From NCBI GenBank assembly GCA_010015805.1, contig ML978122.1, positions 3,010,453-3,074,452 of the forward strand: DNA of 64,000 nucleotides, read 5' to 3'. Origin of the DNA: Rhizodiscina lignyota (taxonomy: Eukaryota). Made by a program: the position numbers and the translations under genes. Shown here one piece after another: positions 61,670-64,000 of this stretch. Each line of letters begins with the position of its first letter. Position 1 is the stretch's first letter. A model generated the notes under the pieces. The model did no database searches, was not told the origin of the DNA, and saw only the letters and a list, made by a program, of their open reading frames with translations.

Positions 61670-62266
61670 ATGATACTTAGGAAAGCATCAAGAACACTGC
61701 TATCCCTGAGGGCTGGACCAATTGCCTTTCGGATCCGCCAGTTTTCGTCAACACCGAACGCGAGAACCAGCTCTCAGAATCGCATATACACCTCGTCTGT
61801 ACCCCAATTGACTTCTAATTCTACATAGCTAACAAATCCAAGCAAGAGAGCACCGGATGAGCTTCATACGCTCCTTCTCCTATCATCTTCCAGCAACAAG
61901 CCCCTCATCACCCTCTGGACCGCTTCATGGTGCCGCAGTTGCGCTATCGTCTCCCCACTTCTGAAAGAACTCATCGAAGACAAAGGAGTTGGCGAAGCTG
62001 AAGGTGGACTGGGGTTCGCAGAGATTGAGCTCGCGGCAAGCACTATTGGCGATCTGGGCGTAACGTATGCGATCACGAGCATCCCGACGTTGCTAGCGTT
62101 CAGTAGAGGAGAGCCACAAACCGAGACACGCGTGAACAGATTGGAAGATTTGAAGAGTAGGGACTTTCTTGAGAGATGGTTGAGGGTGGAAGCAGCAAGG
62201 GGAGGTGCTGGTGGCGCCGGGGGAACTGGAGCAAGTTTGCTTGGGAAATGGTTTGGGAATGGTTGA
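61670..62266 (+). CDS. Thioredoxin-like protein with mitochondrial-type presequence (2 exons; absent from the ORF track)
   Basis: Exon 1 MILRKASRTLL...RQFSSTP...NRIYT. Intron about 61795-61842. Exon 2 PLITLWTASWCRSCAIV...YAITSIPTLLAFSRGEP, stop TGA 62266. Confidence 0.85.
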
Positions 62267-63014
62267 TTGGGTGTCAGCGAAATCCTCCGAGACCCGCTTG
62301 CCTGAGACTGGTGCAATGATCGTATTCCTTACTGAGCTTGGCCTCCAGCGGTGGACCTAGGCTTGGAGCTTCGATTTGATTACACACAGAGCTTCTTCTC
62401 TATCGGGACCCTGACATTTGGGCTTTGACTTGATCCGTTGGAGACCCTCTTCTTCCACCGTAAGCCTGGGAACGGAGCTTCGGCTAACTTTGTTGGAGAT
62501 GATATTCTTCCACCCCGGGCCTAGGATCGATCATCGATTGTATTCCTTGGAAAACTTCTTCCTCAACTGCGGCAATGAGATTGGAGCTTTGGCTAGACTT
62601 CTCGGAGAGATTCTTCTCCACTCGAGAGCCTGGCGTTAGATCTTTGATTAGCTTCCTTGTGAAGCTTCTTCTTCATCCGCAAGTCTGGGATTAAAATATC
62701 GACTGGTGCCCTCAGAGACTATCTACTAGAAGCGGTGGACCGATTGTGTGCGACGACTGTGTGACTAGGAGGCCTTTTCGCAATGCAGATCGAAGCACCC
62801 TGAGTTTCTACGTGTCCAAGACGAAGATAGTCTTCTATAGCTGCACCACTGCACGGGGAACCACGTTGGAGAGCCTCAAAGTCATACAACACCGGCAAGC
62901 CACCTGATCGTCGAGCACGTATTCAATTATGCATAGGATTTGCCTATTGCGTTTACGATTGACTCGGGAAAATGCATAATACTTTTGATTAAACCATCGC
63001 TATCTCTAGATCTC

Positions 63015-64000
63015 TCACATCGTAAACGAACGCTGAATGTCCTCCGCCATCAGCGCGTCCTCGTATCTCTGCTGCAGAGTCTCCTCGCCATCCATCTTCA
63101 CGGATCTCGCGAGCCTGCGAGACTCCGGCACAGCGCCTGCTGTTGCTACCACGTAGCCTGTCCCAGCAAGGAAGCTGTAGACGATCTCCCAGTTTACCCG
63201 GCCAGCCAAGGCGCCATTCACGACCTCCTGCGCGCCTTGGTAGAATGTCTTGTCTGGCTCGAACTCTGGATGTAGCTCGAGGTCGAGGGCGTGCGACCAT
63301 GCATTCAAGATGACGTGCATGCCGCACTCGACGCCGCCAGCCTGGGTGCAGCAGGCCTTGTCGATCGTCGGGAGGAACGGCGCGTCGCCAGGGCGGTATG
63401 TGCTGTGGCCCCCGTGCCACTGCAAGGCTATTGTCACCTCCACTGCTTGCCGTTCGATGGCCTTACGATGTCCCGCGAGGAAGCCTGGCATGCTGTCATA
63501 CCAACAGATCTGGGGAAGCTCCAACAAGTTCGGCGCCCCGTCGACGGCTTTAGCGATCTCTACGACGCAGAGGAGCCAATGTCCAGTTCTGTCGGCCTTT
63601 TCCATGCTCTTCTGGAAATCCTCTCCGGAGATCTTCTCCGCTGCCTTCGCGTCCTCATGATATGAATGCCACAGCCACGGCAGGTACAGCGTTCTACGTG
63701 GCCGAGCAGCGCGGTTATTGAGAACACCCAGACTGGGCTTCCAGGACTCCTTGCCGAAGTCCGGCTCCTGGCGGGTGACGCGGGCGACATATAGGGCACT
63801 CTCAGAGATGAGGCTGATGATGCTTTTGTTGGCCGATTTCTGCTGCAGCTCCTCGATTGCCTCAGTAACGCAAGCAATGCTCAGGAAAGTGTCAGTGGGA
63901 TTCATATATCTGTCCCACTCGACTTTATGAGGAGAACCTTCGTCGTCATCTATGGGAAAGAGCTCATCCACATCGTTGAGGAGCCGTTTGAGGTGCTCGA
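63015..64000 (-). CDS. Ulp1-like (clan CE/C48) cysteine protease-domain protein, 5'-truncated by window edge
   Basis: Catalytic order His-Asp-Gln-Cys: GHWLLCVV, WYDSM, TQAGGVECGMHVILNA. The frame stays open to the right edge. Confidence 0.75.
   Translation of the reverse strand, partial: EHLKRLLNDVDELFPIDDDEGSPHKVEWDRYMNPTDTFLSIACVTEAIEELQQKSANKSIISLISESALYVARVTRQEPDFGKESWKPSLGVLNNRAARPRRTLYLPWLWHSYHEDAKAAEKISGEDFQKSMEKADRTGHWLLCVVEIAKAVDGAPNLLELPQICWYDSMPGFLAGHRKAIERQAVEVTIALQWHGGHSTYRPGDAPFLPTIDKACCTQAGGVECGMHVILNAWSHALDLELHPEFEPDKTFYQGAQEVVNGALAGRVNWEIVYSFLAGTGYVVATAGAVPESRRLARSVKMDGEETLQQRYEDALMAEDIQRSFTM

Noticed and set aside
62300..63000. Possible extra 3' exons of the Ulp1-like gene
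   Set aside because: Candidate splice sites give only short open frames with no motif support.
1..64000. Antisense/overlapping ORFs in the track; CRISPR, tRNA, rRNA; a cofactor gene cluster (RIB1, NFS1, PAN6); a MAT locus near STE2
   Set aside because: Overlapping ORFs are shadows of real genes. No repeat-spacer array or RNA-gene consensus was seen. The cofactor genes are far apart among unrelated genes. No MAT, APN2 or SLA2 genes are present.

Overview
Gene-dense, intron-containing fungal chromosome segment (filamentous ascomycete, Pezizomycotina; short GT-AG introns of about 45-60 nt with CTRAC/CTAAY branch sites). About 27 protein-coding genes can be modelled. Most are recognisable housekeeping genes (RIB1, RVS167, NFS1, VPS23, MSH6, BUD32, STE2, SRS2-like helicase, POP5, KRE2/MNT1-family mannosyltransferase, PAT1, aspartic protease, PAN6, MTR3, EXO84, a thioredoxin-like gene the ORF track missed). 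Between them lie lineage-specific-looking genes: a divergent USP deubiquitinase, a Ulp1-like protease, and a GST / Zn2Cys6 TF / Cu-only SOD block. The most interesting feature is a head-to-head pair at 49.9-55.1 kb: an atypical HSPA12-type Hsp70 and a Myb-like + coiled-coil protein whose C-terminus follows the GrpE (Hsp70 nucleotide-exchange factor) motif pattern. A second, highly diverged member of this GrpE-like family lies at the window start, behind a TpA-rich bidirectional promoter with RIP-like damage. I propose, as inference only, a dedicated fungal Hsp70/GrpE-like two-gene module. No rRNA, tRNA, CRISPR or intact transposon was recognised. All homology calls are by-eye motif recognition; no database searches were run.
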